From: an uncultured Candidatus Saccharibacteria bacterium
Lineage (GTDB): Bacteria; Patescibacteriota; Saccharimonadia; Saccharimonadales; Saccharimonadaceae
Length of the DNA: 64,000 nucleotides
Reading direction: 5' to 3'
NCBI GenBank assembly: GCA_964404945.1
Contig: CAYOLY010000002.1
Location: 602-64,601 of the forward strand
In this document: piece after piece, positions 55,298 to 64,000 of the stretch
Position numbering within the stretch: the stretch's first letter is position 1
How the letters are laid out: every line of letters starts with the position of its first letter
The notes under the pieces: model-generated
Database searches by the model: none
The model's input: only the letters and a program-made list of their open reading frames with translations
What the model was told of the DNA's origin: nothing
Translations under genes and position numbers: made by a program

Positions 55298-56449
55298 CTA
55301 GGCGGTCCTATGTCGCGCACGACGACTAAGCAAGTTCGTTACCAAGATGAAGACCAGCGTAAAAATTAATACGACAGCCATATTAAACAGAACCGGAGTA
55401 ACGTGATCCCACGTACATGTTTCAAGGGCTTTAATCTTCTCGTTAGCATCGATGTACCAGTACGACGGGAATGCATGCGCGACGAGCCGTACCGATTCCG
55501 GCAGCCAGACTAGCGGCACGAAGGCGCCGCAAAGAAAGCTACTTCCTAGACCAATAACATTTGTAAGGCCATTTAGAGCATTGCGACTGCGCACAATATT
55601 AGCCAATAGTAGCGCCAATGATGTAACACAAAAGGCAAAGACGAAAGAGTTAAGAATAAACCAAGCCCCCTGCACCAACCACATTACTCGACCGACTACG
55701 ATGAAACTTACCCCAACATAAACCAGCCAGAGCAGAAAAGCGAAAAGACTGTTTGCAAAGAGCAAGGCCCGGTTAATGTGCTCCGGGCGTATGCCGCCAA
55801 CCGCGATTCGACGAGCGACTTTTTCTTCTCGAAAGCTCAGCATAACCGTACAAATCATAAAAATGCAACCGGCGATCAACGGATAATTGAGAAAGTTATA
55901 GTAAAAGGCAGCCTGTTCGAGCCCGCTAACATCACGCTTCGCCGCCAGCTCGATCGGCACTTCTTCGGCTAAAGTTTTTTCAACGCTACGAATTAATTCG
56001 CTTTCTTCTTGATAAATAAGACGATAGCTTTGCGCGGTATTTAAATAACGTTGCAAGGTCATTTCGGCGAAAGCGGCGTTATAGTCGCCAGTGCTGCGTA
56101 TAGCAAGCGTTGGTTCCTTCCCGGCCAAAAAGTCTGTACCAAAACCCTTCGGGATTGTAACGGCATAATTAATCTGGCGATAAAATAAAGCATCGTCCAG
56201 GGCGTCTGCTTCTTCTGAAAGTTCGATAAGGTTATTATGCGCAGCGAGATACTGGGCTAAGCTCTGGCTAAGTTCAGAATCTCCGTCATGGTTCACGAGG
56301 TGAAGATCGGGCTTCGTGGCCTCGAAATTAAGATTCGTATTATTCGCTTGTACACTAAAGATTGAGAAGAAGATCAGGATCGCCGAATACATAATCAGAA
56401 TCCAGGCATTACGTCGTAGCACGCATAAAAAGGCTTTAAAGATTGTCAT
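55298..56449 (-). CDS. ABC-2 family permease
   Basis: N-terminal TM, extracellular domain, SFLCGAFVP, PSYW. Confidence 0.8.
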   Translation of the reverse strand: MTIFKAFLCVLRRNAWILIMYSAILIFFSIFSVQANNTNLNFEATKPDLHLVNHDGDSELSQSLAQYLAAHNNLIELSEEADALDDALFYRQINYAVTIPKGFGTDFLAGKEPTLAIRSTGDYNAAFAEMTLQRYLNTAQSYRLIYQEESELIRSVEKTLAEEVPIELAAKRDVSGLEQAAFYYNFLNYPLIAGCIFMICTVMLSFREEKVARRIAVGGIRPEHINRALLFANSLFAFLLWLVYVGVSFIVVGRVMWLVQGAWFILNSFVFAFCVTSLALLLANIVRSRNALNGLTNVIGLGSSFLCGAFVPLVWLPESVRLVAHAFPSYWYIDANEKIKALETCTWDHVTPVLFNMAVVLIFTLVFILVTNLLSRRARHRTA

Positions 56450-57566
56450 ACTGCTCCTTTCTCAAGCTACAAATTGAAACCCCCACCAGCGCAACCGTAA
56501 TCACTGCTAGTATAGTCATGTCACCCCAGAACCGGTCAAAAGTCGGGTAATAATAAAGCGCATAAAGACCGTCAGTAATTAAATTCGCTGGATTTAGGCG
56601 GTTCAAAAGTGGCAAGTTCGTATCGACGATGTATTTCATAGTAATCCCCATCATGCCAGCCAAAAAGCAACCGAACATCGTCACGGCAATAATAATTCCG
56701 ACTTTGGCATTAGCATTGCTACGCACGAGCGAAGCTACCGCTACCCCGATTGACAGCCCAGCCAATGAGCCGAGTAGACTTAAGACTACAACTAGCCCAA
56801 AGTGCGAACCATAATCAACGTGCAACACCGTAACCGTGTAAAGAAACAGTAGTGCCAGGCCGACCAGTTGCACGAGATAGCTAGCAAGCAGCCCTCCGAG
56901 GATTAGCCGCCACTTCGGCGTAGGGCTCACGGCGATACGACGCCCGCTCGCACTCATATTGGCAAGCAGTTGGTTAATCGCGGCCATTCCTACCATCCCA
57001 CCATAGAGACAAGTCATTGCAATTAAAGTATAAAACTCAATCATCGTATAGCTCAAATGTTCGCTCGACTGGTCATCTAGCTTCACCGTTGGCAGATTGC
57101 CAAGTTGTGCAAGCTGCTTAGGATCTTTTTGGATAATTTCTTGGATAATATGGCTCTCCGTCGCGATTTCTTCGACTGCAGATTTTAGAATTGTCGCATT
57201 GATTCCACTTTCAGCCACCACTAGTTCAGGCGCGCTAGCTTTTAGCTGCAGATAACCGACAATCTCTTCGTCAGCCAGCAGACTATCGGCTTCTTCGTAC
57301 GAAACGTAACGTGTATTAAATAATCGGCTCGCGCTATCTTCACGGCTAAGTTCCTTGAAAGCCTCCTGAAAGGCCAAATTCTCTTGCCATTCCTTATCAT
57401 CGACCACGGCCACGTCAATTACGCTGAGTCGCTCTTCGCTCTCAATATTGGAAAAAGCTAAACTGAAAAAAGTTGCCATAATAAGCGGAAAGGCCAGCGT
57501 CCAAAAAACTAGAGCATGATCACGTAAAATAATCTTTAATGTATATTTAAAGTTATGCCAAAACAT
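56436..57566 (-). CDS. ABC-2 family permease
   Basis: FWTLAFPL, YTMIEFY, RIAVSP, NPANL. Confidence 0.8.
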   Translation of the reverse strand: MFWHNFKYTLKIILRDHALVFWTLAFPLIMATFFSLAFSNIESEERLSVIDVAVVDDKEWQENLAFQEAFKELSREDSASRLFNTRYVSYEEADSLLADEEIVGYLQLKASAPELVVAESGINATILKSAVEEIATESHIIQEIIQKDPKQLAQLGNLPTVKLDDQSSEHLSYTMIEFYTLIAMTCLYGGMVGMAAINQLLANMSASGRRIAVSPTPKWRLILGGLLASYLVQLVGLALLFLYTVTVLHVDYGSHFGLVVVLSLLGSLAGLSIGVAVASLVRSNANAKVGIIIAVTMFGCFLAGMMGITMKYIVDTNLPLLNRLNPANLITDGLYALYYYPTFDRFWGDMTILAVITVALVGVSICSLRKEQYDNL

Positions 57567-58327
57567 TAGTCGCGCAAATCCTTTCCAGTCAGCTCAAGAA
57601 AGACGTCGTTCAGAGTTGGGCCCGAAACTTCTTTAACCGGTTTGTTTTTGACTAACTTTTTCAGTTCGGTAGGTGTGCCGCTAGCGATAATTTTTCCTTT
57701 ATCAAGGATAATAATCCGGTCACAGAGCCGCTCGGCCTCTTCCATATAGTGCGTCGTGTACACCACAGTGGCGCCACGTTTCCGCAGGGTCTCGATATTT
57801 TCGATAATCCGGTTACGGCTCTGCGGATCAACTGCAACGGTCGGTTCATCAAAGAAAATCAACTTCGGCTGGTGCGCAATCCCACAGGCAATGTTTAGTC
57901 GCCTGAGTAGACCGCCCGAAAGCTGTTTAGGATAAAACTTGCGAAAATCCTGCAGTCCGACTAACTTTATCGCATGCTCAACACATTTTGCGCGCTCAAC
58001 TTTATCCTTAATGTAAAGCCCGCAGAAGAAGTCGATATTGTCGTAGACGCTTAGCTCTTCAAACACCGCTACGTCTTGAAAAACTACTCCCATCTGCCTT
58101 TTAATCTCGTAGGCATCGGGCGACATCGGCTGACCAAAAATCCGAATTTCGCCTTTGTTATACTTCAGTAGCGACAAGAGACAATTAATCGTTGTCGACT
58201 TGCCACTGCCGTTTGGCCCGAGAAGCCCGAGAATCTCACCATCGCGGACCTCAAAGCTGAGATTATCGACAGCCTTTACTTTTTGATAAATTTTGGTCAG
58301 ATGCTTTACTTCAATAGTGTTTTTCAT
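57566..58327 (-). CDS. ABC-2 exporter ATP-binding protein
   Basis: GPNGSGKST, LSGGLLRR, DEPTVAVDP, TTHYMEEAE. Confidence 0.92.
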   Translation of the reverse strand: MKNTIEVKHLTKIYQKVKAVDNLSFEVRDGEILGLLGPNGSGKSTTINCLLSLLKYNKGEIRIFGQPMSPDAYEIKRQMGVVFQDVAVFEELSVYDNIDFFCGLYIKDKVERAKCVEHAIKLVGLQDFRKFYPKQLSGGLLRRLNIACGIAHQPKLIFFDEPTVAVDPQSRNRIIENIETLRKRGATVVYTTHYMEEAERLCDRIIILDKGKIIASGTPTELKKLVKNKPVKEVSGPTLNDVFLELTGKDLRD

Positions 58328-58342
58328 AATATTCTCCGTGAG

Positions 58343-58945
58343 TTAGCTAACAGTAGGCTGGGATTCAAAATAACGACCCCCCCCCGCTGGCTTTTTCTTA
58401 ACGCCCGCGACTAGCTCGCGAACCGTTTCGGTAAGGAGGCGAACAATCTCAGATTCATCAAATTGTACCGTACCGGTAGCTACCATTGTCGCGAGGCCAT
58501 GAGTAAAGATCCAAACTTTGAGATGGAACTTTTTCTGCATTTCATAGCTAAAACCAGTCATTTCCATACCGCGTTCGATGATCCGATCCCCAGCGCTATC
58601 TTGCTCGATAAAAGAATCGGCCGTAAGCTCGGTTTTGCCCATAAAAAGAATCTTGAAATAATTCGGATAATCGCGCGCGAAGCGAACGTAGGCTAAACCC
58701 ATCCCCTTATACGCTTTTGGCTCGCGGGCGCCCGCATTCATGTACTCAAAATAAAGCGCCTTGATCGTTTCGAGCGCCGATCGTTCAAGATCGTCCATAC
58801 TGGCAAAATTGACATAAATTGGCTGCACTGAGCACCCCAGCATATCCGCCAAGCGTCGTGCCGTTACCGCCGAGAAATCCTCGTTTTTTAAAATTTCCAG
58901 CGCGGCTTGGACGATATCGCTTTTTTGTATTTTTCTTGCGGGCAT
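58343..58945 (-). CDS. TetR/AcrR-family regulator (WHG-type C-terminus)
   Basis: HTH VTARRLADMLGCSVQPIY.NF; YVRFA, WIFTHGLA. Confidence 0.88.
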   Translation of the reverse strand: MPARKIQKSDIVQAALEILKNEDFSAVTARRLADMLGCSVQPIYVNFASMDDLERSALETIKALYFEYMNAGAREPKAYKGMGLAYVRFARDYPNYFKILFMGKTELTADSFIEQDSAGDRIIERGMEMTGFSYEMQKKFHLKVWIFTHGLATMVATGTVQFDESEIVRLLTETVRELVAGVKKKPAGGGRYFESQPTVS

Positions 58946-59009
58946 TTTAGAGCCAACCTCCTCTTGATGATATTAGTTTTTACTGACAGCGTATCGCAGT
59001 TACTTCTAT

Positions 59010-59065
59010 TATAACATGCGTTATATAACACTTGTTATTATAGCGGAGGTTGCCTAAAGTGTCTA
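59010..59065 (-). promoter_or_regulatory. Promoter with tandem palindromic operators for the TetR-ABC operon
   Basis: TAGACA(59060-65)-17-TATAAT(59037-42); IRs TATAAC-N4-GTTATA (59010-25) and ATAACA-N2-TGTTAT (59025-38). Confidence 0.7.
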
Positions 59066-59093
59066 GTGGGTTTAAAAACTGCGACTAAAAGAT

Positions 59094-59119
59094 GCGCCAT
59101 GACATAATCGTCATGGCGC
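59094..59119 (-). terminator. Hairpin downstream of telA
   Basis: GCGCCATGAC-N6-GTCATGGCGC perfect 10-bp stem. Confidence 0.65.
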
Positions 59120-59139
59120 CCAAAGGTATATTTAAGAAC

Positions 59140-60333
59140 TTATGCTATCCAAGCCTGCTTTTCACCGGTATAGGGCTGGAGCAGAGCCTTTTTCAGGTCA
59201 CCCTCAAGCTTACCAAGCTCCCGGCGCGCTTCATTGCGTTTCTGGAGACCCTCGCCGTGGATTTTTGACACATCGGCGATGGTCTGGATGAGAAGCCGGT
59301 TGCACTCCTTGATCGCCTCGGGGTCGATGAACCCTTCCTCTGAGAGCTTCGCAGCGTTCACGCTGTTGGTGTGCAAACGTTCGGCGTTTCTGACCAGCAT
59401 ACTGCTCGTCAACTCACGCACCGTCCGCGCGGCATCGCCAGCTTTTTCACTGCGGCTCAGAGCCAGCCCGGTCGTAATTCCGTGCTCCCAGAGCGGGATG
59501 GAATTATTGATCGCGCTCGTGATCTGTTGCATGGTGCCTTCGTTCGAGCTTTGGATCAGCCTGAACTGCGGGGCAGCCTGCAGGCAGATCTCTCGCGTAA
59601 GCTCAAGGTCAAAGAGCCGTTTCTCGAAGCCGGAGCACTGTTGCTGGAAATCCCGGTAGGCTTGCGCATCCTCCGGCGCATTGGTGCTTTCAGCTATCCG
59701 CTTCAGTTCCGCCAATTCGCCTTCGGTTGCGTCTTTCAGGGCCTTCTGCCCGGCGAGGATGTACATTGTGAGCTCCTTAAAATAATTGGCATTCTCTTTG
59801 TACAGACCCTCCACCATCGCGGAGTCACTCCTGAGCTCTGCGTTGTGGCGCTCCAGTTCCTTCACGATGCCGTTCAGGGTATCCAGAACATCCTTGTATC
59901 GGACCTGCATTCTCTCCTTGGATACGGCGATGTTTTTCTTGGTCTTCCTGAGAAAGCCCAAGAGGCCACGCCCATCGAACTCGTCCTCGAAGTCGCTGTT
60001 GAATTCTTTGATGGCGATGCTCATATTGGAGAGTAGCTCCTCAATATCGCCGATGTCCTTCCCGGAGACGCCCTTCAGGGCGCCGCTCGTCAGGCTGCGG
60101 ATATTGCTCTGGGCGCTCAGGGCGTACTCGGTAGACATGTTTGCTGCGTGCAAATCAATTTTCTTCGCAAAATCATCTACCAAAGTCTGCTCATCTGCGC
60201 TCAGATTGCCGAACCGGTTCTGGATTGCTGCTTGCACCTCCGGCGACATGGTCGGGCGCGCCGTCATGATTGTGGCGCTCCCCGTTGATCCACGTACTTC
60301 CTCTGCGCTTGGTAATTTTAGATCAAAACTCAT
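59140..60333 (-). CDS. Toxic anion resistance protein (TelA/YaaN family)
   Basis: AKKIDL, Y..SAQ, KELTMYILAG, FEKRLFDLEL, APQFRLIQ, NSIPLW; long coiled coils; AAGGA SD. Confidence 0.85.
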   Translation of the reverse strand: MSFDLKLPSAEEVRGSTGSATIMTARPTMSPEVQAAIQNRFGNLSADEQTLVDDFAKKIDLHAANMSTEYALSAQSNIRSLTSGALKGVSGKDIGDIEELLSNMSIAIKEFNSDFEDEFDGRGLLGFLRKTKKNIAVSKERMQVRYKDVLDTLNGIVKELERHNAELRSDSAMVEGLYKENANYFKELTMYILAGQKALKDATEGELAELKRIAESTNAPEDAQAYRDFQQQCSGFEKRLFDLELTREICLQAAPQFRLIQSSNEGTMQQITSAINNSIPLWEHGITTGLALSRSEKAGDAARTVRELTSSMLVRNAERLHTNSVNAAKLSEEGFIDPEAIKECNRLLIQTIADVSKIHGEGLQKRNEARRELGKLEGDLKKALLQPYTGEKQAWIA

Positions 60334-60439
60334 TTCCTTTTCCTCCTTCTGAATTTTAGTTTTACAGCCTTACCTGGAGTGAGTTATTGAACCAATGCGA
60401 ACTGCCCAACTAGCATATAATTGGGTCAGCCATACCACC

Positions 60440-60514
60440 ATATTAGCACACTTATCTAAAATTGTCAAGCATAATTTATAAGCCTATTGACAAAATAGGA
60501 TTTTGTGCTACAAT
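60440..60514. promoter_or_regulatory. Divergent sigma70 promoter pair
   Basis: (-) TTGACA(60463-68)-17-TAATAT(60440-45); (+) TTGACA(60487-92)-16-TACAAT(60509-14). Confidence 0.7.
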
Positions 60515-60641
60515 GAAAGCATAGGGCTATTTTTGCCTTCGTATTTTAAATTAGTTTTCTCTATCCCCATACTCCTAGATGGCGCTAAGTTTATTTTGAA
60601 AAGTAGAATTAGCGCCGTCTAGGCAGAAAGGGAGGAAAAAG

Positions 60642-61598
60642 ATGAAGCAATCAGACTACATTGATCACGAAGAATATCTTGATTCACCTATGATATACGG
60701 ACAGCATGCGCCATTCTGGAGTTCGCTCAGTTTCCTGGAAAAAGTCGATACGATACGTCATGTCGGACTTTTTAGCTTCTTGCGTGAACTGATTGGCTCT
60801 GCCGACGCAGAAAGAATCCGTAAACGCTTGGAGCTGAAATATAGCACCCTGTGTTCCGACTATGAGGCAGTACAAGAGCGGACCACCACGTTAAAACAGG
60901 AAAACCAGGAGCTCAAGCAAAAGTTAAAAGAGATCGAGCAGGTTAGCTGCGGTAAGAGCCATAGGCTACTTACTCCGCCCAGTGCATGGGATATCATGAA
61001 CGCTTTTAATCGCGACAGCGTGGATAAAATGAACCCATGGTTCTTTAACCCGTACGAGGACCCTCTTACGGGCACCGTTACCCTGAACCATAACTTCATT
61101 TTTTATCCATTTGCGTCAATCGTTGTACCGCGCGGCAAACTCCGTCTCTGTAACCAATACGGCGACGTGGCAAACCTCGCACAATACATGGACTATGAGT
61201 CATTGCCTTCGAAGTACGCTCAGCATCTCGTACCGCAAGGGTTTCGTGCTTATCGCATGAGGGTCTTGTTTGTGACGCAAGATCGCGACCTTTGGCTGGC
61301 AGATCCGCGTTCTGCGCAGGATGTCGTTCTGGAGATCTGGGCCAGCTATGACGAGAGACAAAGCTGTAGCCAATACGATGCAAGTGTCAAGGCGTGGAAA
61401 GAACGATACTATGAAAATAACGCCGTAGTCTGCGGAACCCATGGTAGACCTCTTTTCAACCTGATCGTTTCCATTGAAGAGCTCTTGGGTAAAGGCCAGA
61501 ACAATTTTTCAAAGGAGCAGATCAAGCGGGTTCGGGACAAGTGCTATGCCGAGTATCTCAGTATTTATTTCAACGATCAATACGAGGAAGAAAGCTAA
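60642..61598 (+). CDS. Hypothetical protein (318 aa) with a coiled-coil segment
   Basis: GGGAGG SD, long ORF, heptad stretch YEAVQERTTTLKQENQELKQKLKEIE. Confidence 0.75.
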   Translation: MKQSDYIDHEEYLDSPMIYGQHAPFWSSLSFLEKVDTIRHVGLFSFLRELIGSADAERIRKRLELKYSTLCSDYEAVQERTTTLKQENQELKQKLKEIEQVSCGKSHRLLTPPSAWDIMNAFNRDSVDKMNPWFFNPYEDPLTGTVTLNHNFIFYPFASIVVPRGKLRLCNQYGDVANLAQYMDYESLPSKYAQHLVPQGFRAYRMRVLFVTQDRDLWLADPRSAQDVVLEIWASYDERQSCSQYDASVKAWKERYYENNAVVCGTHGRPLFNLIVSIEELLGKGQNNFSKEQIKRVRDKCYAEYLSIYFNDQYEEES

Positions 61599-61632
61599 TC
61601 AGAGAAAACTAAAGAGACAGTATATAAGCCAA

Positions 61633-61660
61633 TAAGCCCCCGGTCTGATCCGGGGGCTTA
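61633..61660. terminator. Perfect 11-bp hairpin terminator
   Basis: TAAGCCCCCGG-TCTGAT-CCGGGGGCTTA. Confidence 0.75.
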
Positions 61661-61665
61661 AATTC

Positions 61666-61686
61666 TTATTTCGTGTTCCTCTTCTC
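61666..61686 (-). pseudogene. Duplicated, synonymously recoded fusA 3' end (EKRNTK*)
   Basis: GAG AAG AGG AAC ACG AAA TAA versus fusA GAA AAA CGA AAT ACG AAG TAG, 77 bp apart. Confidence 0.65.
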
Positions 61687-61742
61687 TCTGCGAGAAAAAA
61701 CATCATACTCGCAGTGAGAGACCTCCTTTCGGAGTTTTCTCA

Positions 61743-63842
61743 CTACTTCGTATTTCGTTTTTCGATCACTTCTTGCGCGATGTTTGGTGGAACTTCTTCG
61801 TAACCGAAGAGCTCCATCGAGCTGGCCGCGCGGCCTTGCGACATCGAACGGAGATCCGAGGTATAACCAAAGAGGTTGGCCAATGGACAGAAAGCCTTAA
61901 TTAGCTTTGCGCCACCATTCAGGTCTTCCATACTGTCGATGCGGCCACGACGAGAGTTGATATCGCCGATAACGTCACCCATGAATTCTTCTGGAGTGGT
62001 AATCTCTAGTTTCATAATTGGCTCAAGCAAAACTGGTTTAGCTTTCTTGATGCCCTCACGAGTCGCTAGCGCACCGGCAAGCTTGAAGGCGAGCTCGTTC
62101 GAGTCGACGTCGTGATAGCTACCATCATAGAGTGTAGCCTTTACGTCAACCACTGGGTAACCGGCGATAACGCCGCCCTGCAAGGTCTCTTCAATACCTT
62201 TCTGGACTGGTTTGCGGAATTCCTGCGGAACCACGCCACCCTTAATCTGGTCAATAAACTCGAAACCTTTACCAGGTTCGTTCGGCTCAAATTTGACCCA
62301 AACATCACCGTACTGACCGCTACCACCAGACTGCTTAACATGCTTACCCTGAGCTTCGGCCGTGCCGCGAATAGTCTCGCGGTAGGCTACCTGCGGAGCG
62401 CCGGTATTAGCTTCGACACCATGTTCTTTCTGCAAACGGTCAATGGCGATTTCGAGGTGAAGCTCACCCATACCAGAGATAATCGTCTGGCCAGTCTCCT
62501 CATCAGTGTGGACGCGAAGAGTCGGGTCTTCTTCAACGAGTTTCTGTAAGCCGAGACCCATCTTTTCCTGATCGGACTTAGTCTTTGGCTCAACAGCGAT
62601 CGACACTGGAGGATCTGGGAAGGTAATGTCTTCAAGGTGAATCGGGTGCGATGGATCACAGATTGTGGTGCCAGTCGTCACGTTCTTCATGCCAACCACG
62701 GCGGCAATATCGCCAGCAGTAATTTCAGAAATTTCCTCGCGCTTATCAGCAAACATACGCACGATACGGCCAATGCGCTCCTTGTCGCCGGTCGTAGCGT
62801 TGAGAACTGTATCACCAGATTTCAACTTACCGGCATAGACGCGAATAAAGATCAGCTTACCAACAAACGGGTCGGTCGCAATCTTAAAGGCAAGCGCAGT
62901 GAGCGGCTCATTATCGCTAGCTTTGCGCACAACTTGGTTGCCGGTCTTCGGATCGATACCAACGGTTTGGCCTTGGTCACGATCAAGCGGAGACGGCAAG
63001 TAGTCGGTGACAAGGTCGAGAACCTTCTCGACAATCACACCACGCCCATCGCCACCAGTGACCAAGAAGAAATCACCATCGAGCACACGCTTGCGGAGAG
63101 CAGCCTTGAGCTCGGTCTCGCTGATTGCTTCTTCGCCTTGATTGAAGAATTTTTCCATGAGGGCTTCGTCGGCCTGAACCGCCTCTTCGACGAGCAAGCT
63201 GCGGGCGTTCTTGGCCTTCTCGAGCATGTCAGCTGGAATTTCCCCGACAGTCAGCTCGTGATCAGCGTAATCTTTGTATGTATAGGCCTTCATATCAATG
63301 AGGTCAACGACACCGCAGATGTCTTTTTCAAAACCGATTGGCAAGTGAATGGCGACTGCATTTTTCGACAGACGTTTATGAATGCTATCAAGAGATTTAT
63401 AGAAGTCGCCGCCGATCTGGTTAATCTTGTTAATAAAGCAGACACGCGGGACGCCATATTTGGTCGCTTGGCGCCAAACTGTCTCAGACTGCGCTTCGAC
63501 GCCCATCTTGCCGTCGAAGACTACGACTGCGCCGTCGAGCACGCGGAGCGAACGCTCCACCTCAGCGGTAAAGTCGATGTGGCCCGGGGTATCAATGACG
63601 TTAATCTTGTGGTTCTTCCAGTAGACGGTAACCGCAGCCGAGGTAATCGTAATGCCGCGTTCCTTTTCCTGCTCCATCCAGTCAGTCGTAGCGCCACCAG
63701 TACCACCTTTTACGAGGTCAATTTTGTGCTTAAGTCCGGTACGATAAAGAATCGCCTCGGAAGTTGTAGTTTTACCCGCATCAATATGGGCAATAATACC
63801 AATATTACGGAGCTTTGATAAATCTTTGACTTCACTTGCCAT
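61743..63842 (-). CDS. fusA: Elongation factor G
   Basis: AHIDAGKTT, ERGITIT, DTPGH, GMGELHL, PQVAYRETI, YDGSYHDVDS; AAAAGGA SD. Confidence 0.97.
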   Translation of the reverse strand: MASEVKDLSKLRNIGIIAHIDAGKTTTSEAILYRTGLKHKIDLVKGGTGGATTDWMEQEKERGITITSAAVTVYWKNHKINVIDTPGHIDFTAEVERSLRVLDGAVVVFDGKMGVEAQSETVWRQATKYGVPRVCFINKINQIGGDFYKSLDSIHKRLSKNAVAIHLPIGFEKDICGVVDLIDMKAYTYKDYADHELTVGEIPADMLEKAKNARSLLVEEAVQADEALMEKFFNQGEEAISETELKAALRKRVLDGDFFLVTGGDGRGVIVEKVLDLVTDYLPSPLDRDQGQTVGIDPKTGNQVVRKASDNEPLTALAFKIATDPFVGKLIFIRVYAGKLKSGDTVLNATTGDKERIGRIVRMFADKREEISEITAGDIAAVVGMKNVTTGTTICDPSHPIHLEDITFPDPPVSIAVEPKTKSDQEKMGLGLQKLVEEDPTLRVHTDEETGQTIISGMGELHLEIAIDRLQKEHGVEANTGAPQVAYRETIRGTAEAQGKHVKQSGGSGQYGDVWVKFEPNEPGKGFEFIDQIKGGVVPQEFRKPVQKGIEETLQGGVIAGYPVVDVKATLYDGSYHDVDSNELAFKLAGALATREGIKKAKPVLLEPIMKLEITTPEEFMGDVIGDINSRRGRIDSMEDLNGGAKLIKAFCPLANLFGYTSDLRSMSQGRAASSMELFGYEEVPPNIAQEVIEKRNTK

Positions 63843-64000
63843 AGAAGTTGGTTCCTTTTGATAATTATATTACTATCTTACCAAGAGATATCATGCGCGA
63901 AAACAGCTCAACTGCGGGCCATTTGTACACAAAATACCTCCGAAAGATAGGCTTTTCTTTATTTTATCATAAAATGTTTGGTTTTGGTAGTAGGATTTTA

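Noticed and set aside
62637-63818. 393-aa + strand ORF
   Set aside because: Antisense shadow of fusA; no start context or protein motif.
1-64000. Alternative genetic code, tRNA/rRNA genes, transposase or integrase
   Set aside because: Core genes translate full-length in the standard code; no tRNA/rRNA signature or DDE/tyrosine/serine recombinase motif was seen by eye.

Overview
This 64-kb window is from a small-genome bacterium using the standard genetic code. Gene content and style point to Candidatus Saccharibacteria (TM7/CPR); this is inference, not a database result. The backbone is housekeeping: ychF, rnhB fused to yraN, rplS, ruvA/ruvC/radA, uppP-murJ-serS, ldh, lysS-greA-proS, rseP-uppS-frr-tsf-rpsB, rpmE, a UvrD-nuclease, cysS, rmuC and fusA. 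It also carries a Firmicutes-type envelope-stress block (BceRS-AB-like, TetR plus ABC-2, TelA) and several solitary, foreign-looking genes with their own promoters and terminators. The standout is a dispersed set of six orphan cassettes of about 200 bp (1.6-2.0 kb, 10.6-11.4 kb, 37.8-38.0 kb; both strands). Each is a stop-free 63-66 codon frame running (F/L)VR(S/G)G...LRCLAI(E)*, resembling the C-terminus of a FISUMP/C-type-lectin-fold domain, with a hypervariable middle between nucleotide-conserved anchors (5' TCGTCCGC-N-GCGG; 3' CTCCGTTGTCTAGCCATA..GAGTAATCA..GGATG). Five of the six have no in-frame start upstream. They are associated with a ~200-bp MITE-like structured repeat and a shared 16-bp motif. 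This looks like a silent library of interchangeable ligand-binding tips; no parent gene, reverse transcriptase or recombinase is in the window. No rRNA, tRNA, CRISPR array or transposase was found.
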